Shown: positions 12,360 to 25,498, numbered from the whole stretch's first letter. The stretch is 54,348 nucleotides of DNA, filler included, from Sphacelaria rigidula (GCA_964200075.2; 5 parts of 5 records of this genome joined end to end with filler, not necessarily neighbours in it), one strand, 5' to 3'. Numbers and translations: made by a program. The notes: generated by a model not told the origin, from the sequence alone.

Positions 12360-13628
12360 ATCTGGTTTAGCCTAGAGAACCGAATTTAGTCGTTTGCAGG
12401 CCCCATCTCACCCCAATTTTGAGAGTTGGACTTTCAAATTTGGTACGGAGAACACATACATCATACGGCACACTGAAAAAAATCAGGACCTCGGATCCTT
12501 TTCTGAGTTAAAGGCGATGATAACCGATATCAAGTCTTCAGTGCACATCATCTCGAGACGGACGACGATTTCCTAGGGTAAAGGCGAGCGTATCGATCGT
12601 TTTCCCATGCTCCAGGAAATGTTCGCATCAAAAACCACCGTCAATTCGCTCATTAATATCATAATAACATAGTTCATGGTTTCATTTAGACTCAAGTATG
12701 GTGGACCCTATATCTCCGCGCGGTGTAGGAATTAATTACTATTATACATGACGTTTAATCAACGAGAAAACAACCACCCAGGCTCTTGAGCAGATGGGCA
12801 TCTTCCCCTTGGTAAGACGATTGATACGATATATTATGCGGATCATGGAGAAGGCCCGTACCCCCCCCCCCCCCCCCCCAAAAAAAAACATGGGGCGGTG
12901 TTTTTTTTTTTGTGGGGGGGGGGGGGGTGGGGGTTGTCATAAAAAAATAGGCCNNNNNNNNNNCAATGGGCTCTATTCCCTTAGTACAATATATCATAAA
13001 TAGTCTTATTAGAAAAAATGAGAAAGCCCCCACCCCCCCCCCCCCCCCCCAAATAAATACATGAGCCTTTGTTTTTTTTTGGGTGGGGGGGGAAGGTTCG
13101 GGCGTTCTAGTAAAAAAGTGGTCGTTACCATACTAAAACGTCCTAAACCAGGGAAAAAAATAATAAGCAATGAATTCACCCGCTGAGTTGTGTTGATTAT
13201 GCCCTACCGAGGGCCCACATATAGAATTTCAATACACAACAACCAAACGTGGGCCGGTGAGTAGCCTGCGAAATACTGTTCCGAATTTCTATCGACCCAG
13301 TTTTTGAAAGGCGAATGCGCCGGCCAATATTTTAGTATTTGGAGTTGGAGTGTACATTTTGGTATGGACAGTACATAGGGCACAAAAAAAGTGTTAGAGA
13401 AACACCAGAAGTTTTTTTTTTTCTCGTGAGTTAAGGGCAATAATCAGTTTTCAGGTATCAGTAAATTGCCCTTAACTCACGACAAAAAAAAACTTCTGGT
13501 GCTTTCTCAATTTTTCTTCTTATTATGCCTCATGCATTGTCCAAACCAAATTTTACGCTCCAACCCTAAAAATTGGTCGGCGCATTCGCCTGCAAACTTC
13601 AAATCCGCCTCTACGCTGGCCCAGCTCG
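12360..13628. mobile_element. Family D pieces: internally deleted copy (about 12360-12860) and an oppositely oriented left end (about 13204-13628)
   Basis: 12590-12850 matches 49580-49810, and 12390-12450 matches 48740-48790. The region ends GCTGGCCCAGCTCG|TA at 13628. Confidence 0.65.
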
Positions 13629-16600
13629 TACCCACGAATACTACGGTATAGGATACCTTCGTAAATGCCAGGGGTACGCTCGGTACCCTATTATTTGCCA
13701 TGGTATGTATGTTCGAATGACACACAAAGGGCCAACGGCCAAGTCATACGAGGTGGGATCCGGAGCAACTGAGGAAAAAGCGCCGTGGTCCAAGAGTTCT
13801 GTACGCACGCGAAAAATCTCCGCGGCTGACGTTGATGACGTTGTTGTGAACTGATTTTTGTCGTCCGTGTATCAATTTCTGAGAAGATTTAAGTTTGCCT
13901 GAGTTCGTAATCAAATTCAAACTTTTATGCATGGTTCAAAGAATCTCCAGAGTTTTCGGAATTCTTGACAACAGCTCTATAACCCTCGGTCTGGAGGGGG
14001 GAAACGGTGGAGCGTCCTGGGCAAAGTGATCACTGACGAAGCTCAAGTCGCGGAGCAAAAACACGGACACACGCTGGAGCCACCAGCCTTGGAGACACGA
14101 CTTCGATGGTCCGATACTAAAGCCAACAATAATATATACTTGACTCGTGAAATTTGACGATTGAATCTTGATGTAATAGTAGTGTGGAAATTCACCAGAG
14201 TACGGAACTATTGTAATACAAACTTGGGAAGAATATATAGACATTTCTTGTTATGATCGCAGCACTCCCAGGCATCCGGTCTACAGACGACCATGATTGA
14301 TTGTGTCCGCTGACTGGCGTCGTCGGCAGTAGGCGGGTAGGAATGTGTTCATTGTTGGTACCGGCATGCATGTCGTCCGTTTTCGATTATGCTCGATCGT
14401 GCTCCTGGACAGTCAGTCGCTGTTGTTATGTACGTCGAAAATGATACTCACTGGGCCGGTTTTCTGCTGTGGTTGTTGCATTGATACATGTGTTGCCACA
14501 CATGCTGGCGTCCGGAATAGACTGGATGCCACCACACATGCATACACTGAACTCATATATAGACATCTACATGCATCTACAACTTCAAACTGACGTTGCC
14601 AGCTCTATGCGAGCCTGCGGGATATATCCTGGTCGACATACTTCCATGAAGTATTTGTAGTACGTAAGAAGTACGTGTGTCCCCAACACCCCGTAGGAAC
14701 ACATGGACAGTCAGAACGTACGTACTTTTCGTGCATACAATGCCAGTATATACATATGTATCCTACACTTGACCTCAGGACCCAGGACCCACAGTGGGCA
14801 TCACATCTGCCTGCGCAGCGCTGGATTCTATCTTCTAAGTAGTATACTTGTCCCGGATGTCAATCGTCACATGACTCGCCGCATACTTTGAATCTGAGCG
14901 GCCCTGAAATTGATCGCCTGTTTGGGGGTACCTCTTCGGCTTCCCATTTTTTTGTTCTCCCTACCCTTTGACCATGAAGTAGTTGACTGGCGTACGTACC
15001 CTTCATTATTGTGGCTAAACCGAATCGATATAGGTGCCCCCTGTCGCACCTCAGAAGACGTCATGTGAATGTACCAAAGATGTGAAGCATAAATTGGGCA
15101 AAGCGGAGCTAGTTTGCACTTTTGCTGCGGAGAGTAGGAAACACACAAATACACGACTGCGTGAGCAAACAGACCAACTTAGATCCTGAGTCAGCAAGTC
15201 CTGCTATGGATGCGGCCACGTGCAAGACCCGTGTCTAACGTCATACGAAAATGGTTGATCATTCACTCCGGAAAATCTCGCCGCATCTGGGGGACCCTGC
15301 TTCTTTGTAACCCCTACCTCAATACCACTCGTGTCACTCTTCTCCTGTTTCCCTGTTGTCTGGTCTGTACACCGTGCCAGCGACGCAAGAGTCACTTCTT
15401 ATTTAGTCGCACCTTCGCTGCAGCTAAATTTCGGCGTGTCCATCATGATTACGACTACAGCCGTAGTAGCAGGTGCCGTGGTCTTGCTCGGATGTGGAGT
15501 GACGGTCTTCACAGTTGTTCATGTGAGTCCGTTACATAGTCAGTCGGTTTCACCAGCAGTTACGTTTGTGTTCGGGATTCAGGATTTGAACAGCTCTAGG
15601 ATAACATGCGAGTACGTTGTTTCTTAATACGGGTCGGCGTGGGTGAAAAATCCAATGTTGGAGCCTAGCGAGCTGCAGATGTCGAGTAGGCTTGCGTGAA
15701 GGGAGAGTGGTGTCCTGGACGATTTGAACGATTGATCGACTGAATGCCGTAGTGATCTCCCAGGAACCAAACCGTGGTCATATGATGAATGCAGCCATGT
15801 ATGTTGTAGTGTGTGCGCTATTTTTTTGCGTGGGGGGTGCGATGCGGAAGGAGCAGCGATCGTGGAAGATGAACCAAAGGCCGAGTCAAATCCTCATCTC
15901 TGCCCCGCTTGCGTTGAACATGAATGGAACGAGCGTGTACGGAACGTGGCCCTTACACAACCATCGCACAACGTTTGCGCACGGACATCGTGCTGCCCTG
16001 CGTTTGCTCTTGAATCCATTCATCGTGGAACCTGCGATGCGCAAAAATGCCGGGATTTCGTCCGGCCGGAACTGTGCTGGACGGTGCTATGGCTGGTGTT
16101 TGCCGGAAATCTTGGATATCCCCGGGGGGGCAACAACCACCAGCAAAATATGGGCCACCGAAAACTAAACACAGATGGTGAGGGCTTTTACGGACGAAAT
16201 GCAACGACACAACGCCGTGTTCCCTCTTGGAATGTACATGCCATTGCGCACGTTTCTTTGGAGTACGTATGATGAGAATCGATACGTCAGCCCTGTGGGG
16301 TGCTGTCATGAAGTTGATAGACAGGAGTACAGTACTATGAAATCGTTCATGTTTCGAAAATATTTTGGGACCTGACCCGTCGAGAAGATTCTAGCCCTTC
16401 GAACGCTAGGTTGAGTCGTCTCGAGTCTTGCACTCCAGTATGATGCAAGAGACAACTTTCACGCGCGACGATATATTGCTTGACCCAGCTGTTATCGGAG
16501 GGTAGAACCTGGCGAGATCACGGGGATGGAAATCATACACAACATGACCACACCCAACATTTTCCGTCAACGTGGCCTCGAGCTCTCTGCTTCTTCTCGG

Positions 16601-17175
16601 ACCCCCTGAATCTAGAGCATGGTCATTGAAAAGGCGTGTTGTGCTGTGTTTACAGCAGACTGGACTCTCGTGCCAGCATTGCGACATGCGGGTGTCCAGC
16701 CTAGTTTAGGTTCTTCGCTCGTGCAAGCAACACATGCGAACATTGGGGCCCGTCAGACGAACCATGTCTCGCCTAAAATTTGCACTTGTCGAGTTACGAG
16801 AAAATAGCGGGGACATCACGTTGACGGCTGTGACAACTCGCACCATGCGCCGTTGTTCAATCATTTCTGAGTATACCCAGGGAATACCTATGCAAAACTG
16901 GGAACAGAATGAAGCTCTTGTGTCGGACGTGTAGGTAGGACAAGGATCATTCGAGTCATCCTCCCAGCTTTGGCCAGAATGCTCTCGTGTTTGGTTGTGC
17001 TTTCGAATAGCCCTTACACACACGCACTTCAAATGCGCCACAGTTGTACAATTTGTGGTGACGTCGCAAGTCTCGCCGATATCAACCTGTGCTTGCGTAA
17101 CTGTGTAACCGTCGATACGCGAGGCCGAACTATGTTGTTCAACATGACTGTTGTGTGAAAAAATGAATCCACGTC

Positions 17176-17177
<2 letters not shown>

Positions 17178-17247
<70 letters not shown>
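17178..17247. repeat. Compound (TC)n(TA)n microsatellite
   Basis: Direct reading. Confidence 0.95.
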
Positions 17248-20200
17248 GTATTGATATTCAATCCACCTCAGGTGCGATGAGGGGGGAAAAGCTACTGTAA
17301 TCTAGACTACCCCGCGCAACAGTTGATCCAAGAGCCAAATGAAACGTGATGAGCGGAGAGTTCCGCGGGATCAGTTTTCGGCCACGTCGGCGTGGACATG
17401 GAATACACAAACACATGATGCATGTACTTTCCCAGGTTGCCGAGTTTCGGACGGTAGAGCTTACCTCACTTGAGCTATAATCTACCCATGCAGACCCCGT
17501 CCACACGAATCGTGCGGTAGTGGACGTGCTGCGCGTAGTATTCGCCATGCATTTATGTTGCCTGGTTGGCCTGGTCCGCTTGAATTTCTACTACCGGTTC
17601 GTGCGTGATTTCATGAGAGTTTGCGCCGTTGGCCAAGTTCCATGTCTGAACAACTCTTTGGTCTCAGTGTAGGTTGTAGCTTACCAAGCTGGGCCGGCCA
17701 AGAATCCCATAATGCGCAAGATGAGTACAATCCCAGACAGCACAAAGTAACGGTACGAGCTGGGCCAGTCGACTGATTTTTCCAATGCTTCAGGGCCCGG
17801 CTGTGAGTAATTCGAGAAGTTGGGCGCTGAAATTTTGACACGACATTTTTTTATCATCAACAGGCACGACATACCGGGGGATGCAACGAAAAAGAGGGAA
17901 AATCTGAAAGTTGGAGCGAGTTGAAGTTTCTGCAAAGACTGGAAAAATGCAACAACTCTGTGAAAATGCAGAAATTCGTCGGTATCCCTCGGTTTGTTGT
18001 GTGCACTTCTGTGCGGGAGATCCTGGTGCAATTTCGCCCAAAAATACCTCAAATTGGGCGCAGCACGACACATCTCATGTGGCGCCACTGCGCCCCCGTA
18101 GTTCGAATGATCCAGGAGACTCCAGTAATGGAGGTCGAGGATTCAAATCCCAACGTATTCTACGTACATTATTTTTGGAATCGCTTCCTTCAGCGATGAC
18201 GCGGAGCTATCCCGCTCAGGATTCGGGTAAATTGATGTTGTGATATACACACTTCTCCCGTGCTTTCCGTGTTGTTGTTTCGAAACATCATCGTCATGAG
18301 CCAAAAATGCGTTTTTCACCAAACGTCGTTAAGGTATATAACTCTGGCCGACAGAAGAAGAGCAATGGATGCCTTATTCCGTGACTCATCGCCATTCGGA
18401 AGTTATAGCCCCTATGCCTGTTTCCCCGTGTAAGTTTGCTTGCACAGCGATGTTGGTGCAAAATGTCAAAATGCGTGGTACAATTTTGGTGGGACCTGAA
18501 AATTTGACACGCCACTAGACTGGGGTGTCGTCGTATCTCATGCAATGAATGAAGGAGTAGTGTGTGTTGGCCAGACTCATGTGCCGGATCGCACCTTGCA
18601 AATCACGTGGAAGAAAACCGGGCACAGTTCGTATCAACTCGGAGAGTTGAGCTACGCGTGGCGATATTGCTCGTGACCGGCTGAGCTATACTCGTACAGG
18701 GCTTAGAGATGAAACTCGCGGGTGCTTGCCAGCGAGGGCTGCTTCGCTCTAAGCGGCGCCGATATGGGCTTTGCCACCACACTCTCTCTGCACACAGCAC
18801 TTCCCGTATGCTACTTTCTTGGCATGTCTCGTCCCGAGGTCGGTGCCAGCGTCTGAGGTCGCTGGATGTGTTCCAAGCCTCGAGTTGTGACCCATTTGCA
18901 ATGCTCCTGCTGACTCAACGGGGCCGCATTCCCCCGGATATACCTACGCTGTCCGGTGAATCGCGCTGAACACCCAGTAGGAGTCGAAGAACGTCTACAG
19001 TGTTGCACGTACATTTCACCTCGCGAATCCGTCAATTCGTGGTAAATCCGGATATCCACGAATCAATATTTCCGATAAATTTGAATTCTCAACAAATGTA
19101 GATATCTATCGATGTTCTCCATCCGCGGACTCCAATGGGATGACTTGTGATCCGTACATCTGATCCGACGAGCTCATTTTGCCACCGATTCCATCTTCAC
19201 ATTAGACTGCCCCCCGTCCTAATATTGCAATACCACTTCTGCTAGATCACGAACGGAGTCCTTCACGTACCTTGACCCATGTGCGTGGGTTCGAGGGCCG
19301 AAAAACAAGGCAACAGAAAAAAACGACAGATTTGATTTCAATGCAAATCTGAAGGATGGGGGCGCACGCAAGCCGGATCTCAACTGTACGGGTTGGATCC
19401 GGACTCCTCCGGATCATCCGAGCGAAGCAAAACATGCGCCGAACACCAAGGGATTCGGTTTTTCACAGCCACCACTGAAGTTGAGGCTGGAGTTTAGGCC
19501 GTAGCAGGACACATGGACAACGTAGTGTGATGAAGAGAAGACGCGACAGGAAACAGCTTTCATGTATGAAGTGAGCCTCACCGAATTCTCTAAGCGCAGA
19601 ACGAGAAGATTTGAGTTGTGTTGCCAGCTAGCGGCAAACCGTGGCCTCCATCCGAACGTTTCCCCCACAGTGATCACAGAATACACCGCGCCCGATAGCT
19701 CCAGTCGTGGTTCTCAATCAGCCGATTCATCATGTGCTTGCTTTGGTGTCAATCGGTCACAAACTGGAGCACGAGCTTGGCGCAGTCACAAACCCAAGTA
19801 GCGTTTGCATTTGCTTGTTTTGAACGACTGCGCCACTTCCAGGTCCCCTTATCTGAGAAAAAATGTGTACCGCAGTAACCACAATTTCACCCCAATTGCC
19901 GCTATTCACCCAGTGTCGCACCAACCATGCCGATTCACAAAAACGAGAATCGTCAATGGGTTCCCAATGGGTTATGACGAATCACGTTCTGCACACACGA
20001 GGAGCACGCTGGAAGCGCAGCCTCCACTTCGAGATCCGGATTTTTGTGTCCACACTAAAATCAGGTCGGACCAACATCCCTACCAAGCGGTTCACTCTTT
20101 CCATATTTTTGAACCATTTTCATCCCTCGCGTCATGAAATGGATGGAAATGGATAAATAATCAGGCCCGTTAGTAGGGGCCCTCAGAAGGAGAACTTCGG

Positions 20201-20609
20201 ATCTTAAGTCGCATGAGCGATCGTATACGAAAATCTGTCTCTCTTGTAACGTGCTGCATCGACCTCCTGCACCCGGTTGTCAATCGTTCGACGCGCGACG
20301 TACGTTGAGCAGACGCGAGCATCATCTGGACTTACGGAGAGGGTGCTGACGAAGGTTTTTTGGATCCCGAGTGAGTGGCCCGGGACGTTGTCTTCGGACG
20401 TTGAATGTTGCCCCCATTGTCATGTCGAAACCACAGGATACACAGGAGAGCACTCAAGCCGATCACGGAAGTATGGAAGTAAGCAAGGTCGAGTCGGATA
20501 GGGTATGCCCGATATTGTGGTACGTTGAAGAGTCGCACATCACCTGGTTGAGTCAAGTCACAATTACGCGAATGGGCTTTGAAGAGGGTTAACAGCAGTG
20601 GGAGCGATG

Positions 20610-20740
20610 TTCTACTAAGATTGAGGGTAAAGGATACGATTGAGGGTGAGAAGCGGTCAACTAGTAGATGAATCATTTCGGTTCCGAAATTCCCATCCAC
20701 GAGGCCCGATATTCTGTCTGTAGTAGCTTGCCACTGAGCA
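20610..20740. mobile_element. MITE family B fragment
   Basis: GGATACGATTGAGGGTGAGAAGCGGTCAA...GTTCCGAAAT...GTAGTAGCTTGCCACTGAG is shared with the other copies. Confidence 0.65.
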
Positions 20741-21681
20741 CACGCGGGACGAAGAAATGCCCCAGTTGAAGCGAATGAAGAACCCACTCACGGAAACATT
20801 TGTTTGCGCTGGCTGCTTGCTGCTGTAAGCATGGTTCAGATCTCCATTTTTCAAAATAACACAATATCGGGTATACCCCATGTATCATACACGCTCTTGA
20901 CAGCATGCATGAGGACGCAAATGTTGTTCTTTTCCTCAATCAGATCGGAGTATCGATGGAAGAACTCACACATGAGTGTCACTACATCGTTACCATGCGA
21001 CTTGGCTTGTCATATACGCTGGGGTGTTAAACGTAGGGTACATCGTGGTACCAGACGATTTTTGACGAACGGGATGCAAAACTTCCGGTACGAACGTGGT
21101 GTGCAAGGGTCAGGGTCTTGATAAGAGAGGTCGAAAAAATAACTGACTGTGTGGTCACATAGCATCTGTCTCATGTTTACGATATCATTTTGACACCACC
21201 TATACATGCAGAACCCGCTGTCAGAAAATACTAGTGAAGAATATTCACGTCAACTCTTGATCTCATTAATTCATGATGGGATGAATCTGTGGGCACGCAC
21301 ACCAGGCGCGACTGGTATCCACCTCGCCAGTGAAAGGTCAATGCCCCCTCTGGTTTGGAAAAACGATTGCGATGATAATATGTCGCAATCACGAAATTTC
21401 TGCGCTCGCCAGTCACAGGTAGCTGTATTTTTCGACATTGCGCGTGTTGTTTTCAGAACGATCCATGATACAAATAGGGTCAGGACGGATTCAGCAGTCG
21501 AGTATTCTGTCGCCGCGAAACGCGTGAGCTTGTTGAAATGCGTGCGCACATGCGACTTTCGTCTTGTTCACGTCAAACGGTTCCCCCCCCCCCCCCCCCC
21601 CCCCTCCCCCCCCCCCCACACCCAACACAAAATTGGCCATTATATTTTTTTCATTACTCTACTTCGCCCTGCTCCCCCCCC

Positions 21682-21781
21682 NNNNNNNNNNNNNNNNNNN
21701 NNNNNNNNNNNNNNNNNNNNNNNNNTTAATTAATTAANNNNNNNNNNNNNNNNNNNNNNNNNNNNNNNNNNNNNNNNNNNN
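21682..21781. other. Artificial 100-bp contig spacer
   Basis: Same N44-TTAATTAATTAA-N44 linker. Confidence 0.98.
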
Positions 21782-21899
21782 AATGCCACTTCAACCCCAT
21801 ATTTTGTATGAACCCCAAAATATAAAATCGGCTGTTCATTGTAGTACCCCAGTTAGGGAAATATTTATTTTCGCCTTGCGAAGTACTCAAGAAGGGCGT

Positions 21900-23245
21900 G
21901 AACACTATTTTTCAGCAGATCCACATGTAGACTTGGGAGAGTTCAAGTTCCGATGAATGTTGATAACAGCGGGATATCAAGGAACATAAACATGAAAATC
22001 ATCCATGAGGGTAACTCAAGTAGCTCAGCGCTGACAGGTACAACACAGTAGTATCAGGGAAATCAATGTGCGTAGGCACAGCTTTGCTAGTCAGTAAGAG
22101 AGCAAAAGTAGACCAAGTTTCGCGTAGGAATAAAAAAAAAGAGCAGTAAAAGTAAGATATCATCGATTAAGTCCAAGACAGTAGATCAGAATAAGAGTAG
22201 ATACCACTCTACAAGTAAGAAAAATAGTCATTTTCACCAGCGCGGTAAGAGGCAGCAACAACAGCAGTCACCTTCACGACAAAAAGCAGCATATATTAGA
22301 GAGTGATACTGGGGATCAGGGGTGTAGTAGATTCACTATTAGGCAAACCAATTCGAAATAAGGAGAAGACATGTTTAGCAAGTAATAACAGGAGATCAAT
22401 TCAGTCACCTGTATACCTGAAGAGTAGATCGGTAAAGTGGCCTGCATACATCAGCAGCGAGGAGGATACACATATACGTGAAATAGAAGAGGCACGATTG
22501 CAAAATGTTTTCATATCGGAACCACCCCGAGTGTTGCAAGCAGCAGGATTTTCCATTTCCAGCGACAAGGAATTACGGACCAAGGACAGATGCGAGAAGC
22601 ATTCGATCGTCAAAGACAACAGCGAAGACGTCGACACCGAGAAGCAGCAGACAATCATACCACGGATTAACGTTGTAGGTACAACGGAGAGTAGTAAATG
22701 GTTGAGAATAAGCATCATCAACGACGGCTTGGTGTAACAACGATCGAGTGAGGACCAAGAACAGAGGAGAGCAACTTCGACGACATCAACGAAGTAGATA
22801 CGAGTTTTCAATTTTTCTCATGGAGGAGGAAGACACGAATGCAGTACAGTAGAGTACAGTAACGCACAGTAGAGTACAGTAAAAGTACAGTAGCGCACAG
22901 CAGAGTACAGTGGCGTACAATAGCGTACAGTAAAGGACAAGTCGAGTACAGCATACACGTTGAATAAAAATGAGTTTGATTTCTTCTTTTTTCATGTATT
23001 CGACATATCGTTTCGAAGGGCGTGTTGGAAGTCGAGAAATAAAAGTTCCGAATATACATACTCGAGATTAGCGGTTGAACTAGTTACGGTTCATCGTTAG
23101 AATAAAGATCGTAGGAATAACAGAAGTAGTGAGATATTCGTCGTAGAATAATGAATAGCTCATGTACTGTACAGCTCGTATACAGAGAGTCAGCATATTG
23201 TCAGAATACTGAAGAGTTGAGTACGAAGAGTCTAAGGTATCAACA
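21900..23245 (+). mobile_element. Probable decayed Ty1/copia retrotransposon 3' end with LTR (23023-23245)
   Basis: ORF 22303-22737 has an RNase H-like spacing (SNNRRSIQ...HIREIEEARLQNVFISEPPRVLQAA, compared with copia DNQGAI...HFIRELVE.G.I.V.YV.T..Q.AD). Downstream, a purine run GAAGGGCG directly precedes TGTTG (23023), and a 223-bp segment containing AATAAA ends in CAACA (23245). The 5' boundary is approximate. Confidence 0.45.
22840..22952. repeat. (AGTAC/AGTAG)-type pentanucleotide low-complexity tract
   Basis: Repeated GTACAGTAGAGTACAG. A similar tract lies at about 52600-52980. Confidence 0.75.
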
Positions 23246-23636
23246 GTTCGGGTGGACAGTTTATAGTGTCCAAGAGTTTTATCGACAGAGTGAAATAGCC
23301 CCACGCTATTTACTCTCCAAAGCGACCCACCTCAAGCAAGCCTATCAGCTTGTTGTTGGTATCTGCGTTAATAAGGAACCACGTGTTTTATGTGTTTAAT
23401 TTGAGTAATGCCCAAGTGAAGCGGCAAGTTTAAACATCCCCTCTCTCGCACAAACAGTGTTTAACCAACACTGTGCAGCCTCTGCGAGCTCTCTTGTCAG
23501 AGCTGGGTTCGCCAGTTGAACCGATTGTTCCTGTCTACTGGACAGTTGAACACTGTGTATTTCATACACAAGTCACGATAGGCAACTATATTCTAAAAGA
23601 TCATTCGCCTCGTTTACAGGTACTGCAACAGGTTGA

Positions 23637-24428
23637 TCAGCCTCGCGTAACAAGCTCCACTTTCACTCCTGCTCTTGTTCCTGCCCGCAAAGACACCTCA
23701 TTATCAGCCCTCGAAGGTGAGTGTCCCGTGAGCAAAAGCGGACGTCCCGAGAGCGACGGTGTCATTTCTCCGAGCCTGAAACCGGTGCACAAACCACTGC
23801 GAGCACCTACGCCGTCGTTTGCACCAGAAAACGACAGTGCTGCGCGCTTCTGCTGCACTCCTCGTACATCAGCAATGCTTCCTCCAATACCCTCCGTCGC
23901 GCTACGGCCGGGGGCGCCCTTACCAAGGTTGAGCTTCGTGGTGTCGAAAACCGCCGCTGTGTTGTGCGCACTAGCATGCTGTCGGCAAAGCCTTTCGTCA
24001 TCAGAGTTGATTTTCTTGTCGAGAGGTGATGTCGAGCACCCCTTCTTGCGGCACCCCTTACTCACCACATTCACCATTCCCGCCCTGGCATGCTTGGAAC
24101 AGAACTCCGCCTTTTTGCTCCCCGCCACACCATACGACGGCTGCGTGGAGCAGCCCTCGTAGCCGCACCTCTTGCTTAGAACATCCACCATCCTCAACCT
24201 GGCATGCTTGGAACAGAACTCCACCTTCTTGCTTCCGACCACACCATACGACGGACGCGTGGAGCAGCCCTCGTAGTCGCACATCCGCTTCGTCACGTCC
24301 GCTGTTCCCGCCCTAGCGTGCTTGGAGCACCCCCCCCCGCCCCATAGCTCGGAGCAGCCCTTGTTGATGTACCTTCTTTTAGCGACGTCGGGCGCGAGCT
24401 CCTTCGGTGGCGCTCCTTCGAAACCCAA
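23637..24428 (-). CDS. EsV-1-7 cysteine-rich repeat protein (probable terminal exon or decayed copy)
   Basis: Tandem 38-aa (114-nt) repeats of the form C-x4-C-STxPSYGVxGSKKxEFCSKHARxxMVxV, matching the EsV-1-7 repeat family of brown algae and phaeoviruses. There are two full units plus partial units on each side. The ORF has no ATG and starts directly after a CAG acceptor-like site; the first unit is internally truncated (GCSELWGGGGCSKH). Confidence 0.8.
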   Translation of the reverse strand: MGFEGAPPKELAPDVAKRRYINKGCSELWGGGGCSKHARAGTADVTKRMCDYEGCSTRPSYGVVGSKKVEFCSKHARLRMVDVLSKRCGYEGCSTQPSYGVAGSKKAEFCSKHARAGMVNVVSKGCRKKGCSTSPLDKKINSDDERLCRQHASAHNTAAVFDTTKLNLGKGAPGRSATEGIGGSIADVRGVQQKRAALSFSGANDGVGARSGLCTGFRLGEMTPSLSGRPLLLTGHSPSRADNEVSLRAGTRAGVKVELVTRG

Positions 24429-25498
24429 CTGCTCACGGTAGCACGAATACCAAGACGGCGGCGAATACTTCGTGAGCCGTGCGCCAAACGAGTTGAAAAA
24501 CTTTCAAGAACAAATGGCGTTGTTTTTGCTGCACACACTCCGGAGAAAACGCATCGGTCTGCATTCACCTCAGGCGACGCGACATGTGAGCTGACGCCAG
24601 CGAGTGCGACGCCCTCTACACCATTGCAGTAGGGATCGGAAGCGAATCAAGCACTTGTATGGTAAAATAAAAGGATCATCGCGTCACGGGGCACATGCGA
24701 AGCACAATACCGATTTTAAAAGGTATCGTATCAAAGAAAAATGACACACTGGTATATTCCGAAGTAATGAACCCAAGGCATACAGCTCACACAGGATGAT
24801 CCAGCTGGAGAATGCTGTACATGATGAAGAGCCCGAGATAATAATCGACCGAGTGAGCGATCGTTATGCATCATCACATGAGCAATATACTCGGGTACAC
24901 ATTTGAACGGATGGGGGGGTGTGGGGGGCGGCAGCGTAGCTGTTCAACGGCGCCAGCAAAAATGCACGTACCGTATCATGGCTTTGGAGAAGGGTCAGCG
25001 CAATGTTGAACTATTATATTCGGCGGAGCAAAAACGTACTCAAAAACGGGCATGTACTTCATGTACCGCAGGCGTCATCACGGTGGCTGTGTAAGTATTT
25101 GGGTACATTCAGTTGTTCATGTCCGTTGCGAACTCCGTCAAAACAATGAAGATACAGAACGAGCTTTTGAAGAAATCGACTTCCAGAGCAATGCTACGGT
25201 AGGGGCTGCACGTTTTTCAGCGAAAACATTCATCGGGGTTCGGCATCATTTTGACTTTAAAAACACTAAAAATGATGCCGATTCACGAAAAGGCCCGTGC
25301 GTGCAAACACCATGTTTCCGGGAGTCCGGTCCCCGGGGATTTGGTTGCACAGCAAGCTCCATATATTTGGGCACCTGCAAAAAAGAGACCCTGAAACAAA
25401 AATTGCAACCCCTACCGTAGTATTGCTTTTAAAATCGCATCAGCAAGCATGTGTAACGAGGTGGGCCAGCCTAGAAGTGGATTTGTAGGTTGTAGATC

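Noticed and set aside
19414..19686. pogo/CENP-B-like transposase HTH fragment (FGWRPRF)
   Set aside because: The resemblance is only a few residues, with no DDE region or matching termini.
23473..24162. 229-aa plus-strand ORF
   Set aside because: It is the antisense shadow of the EsV-1-7 ORF and has no recognisable features.
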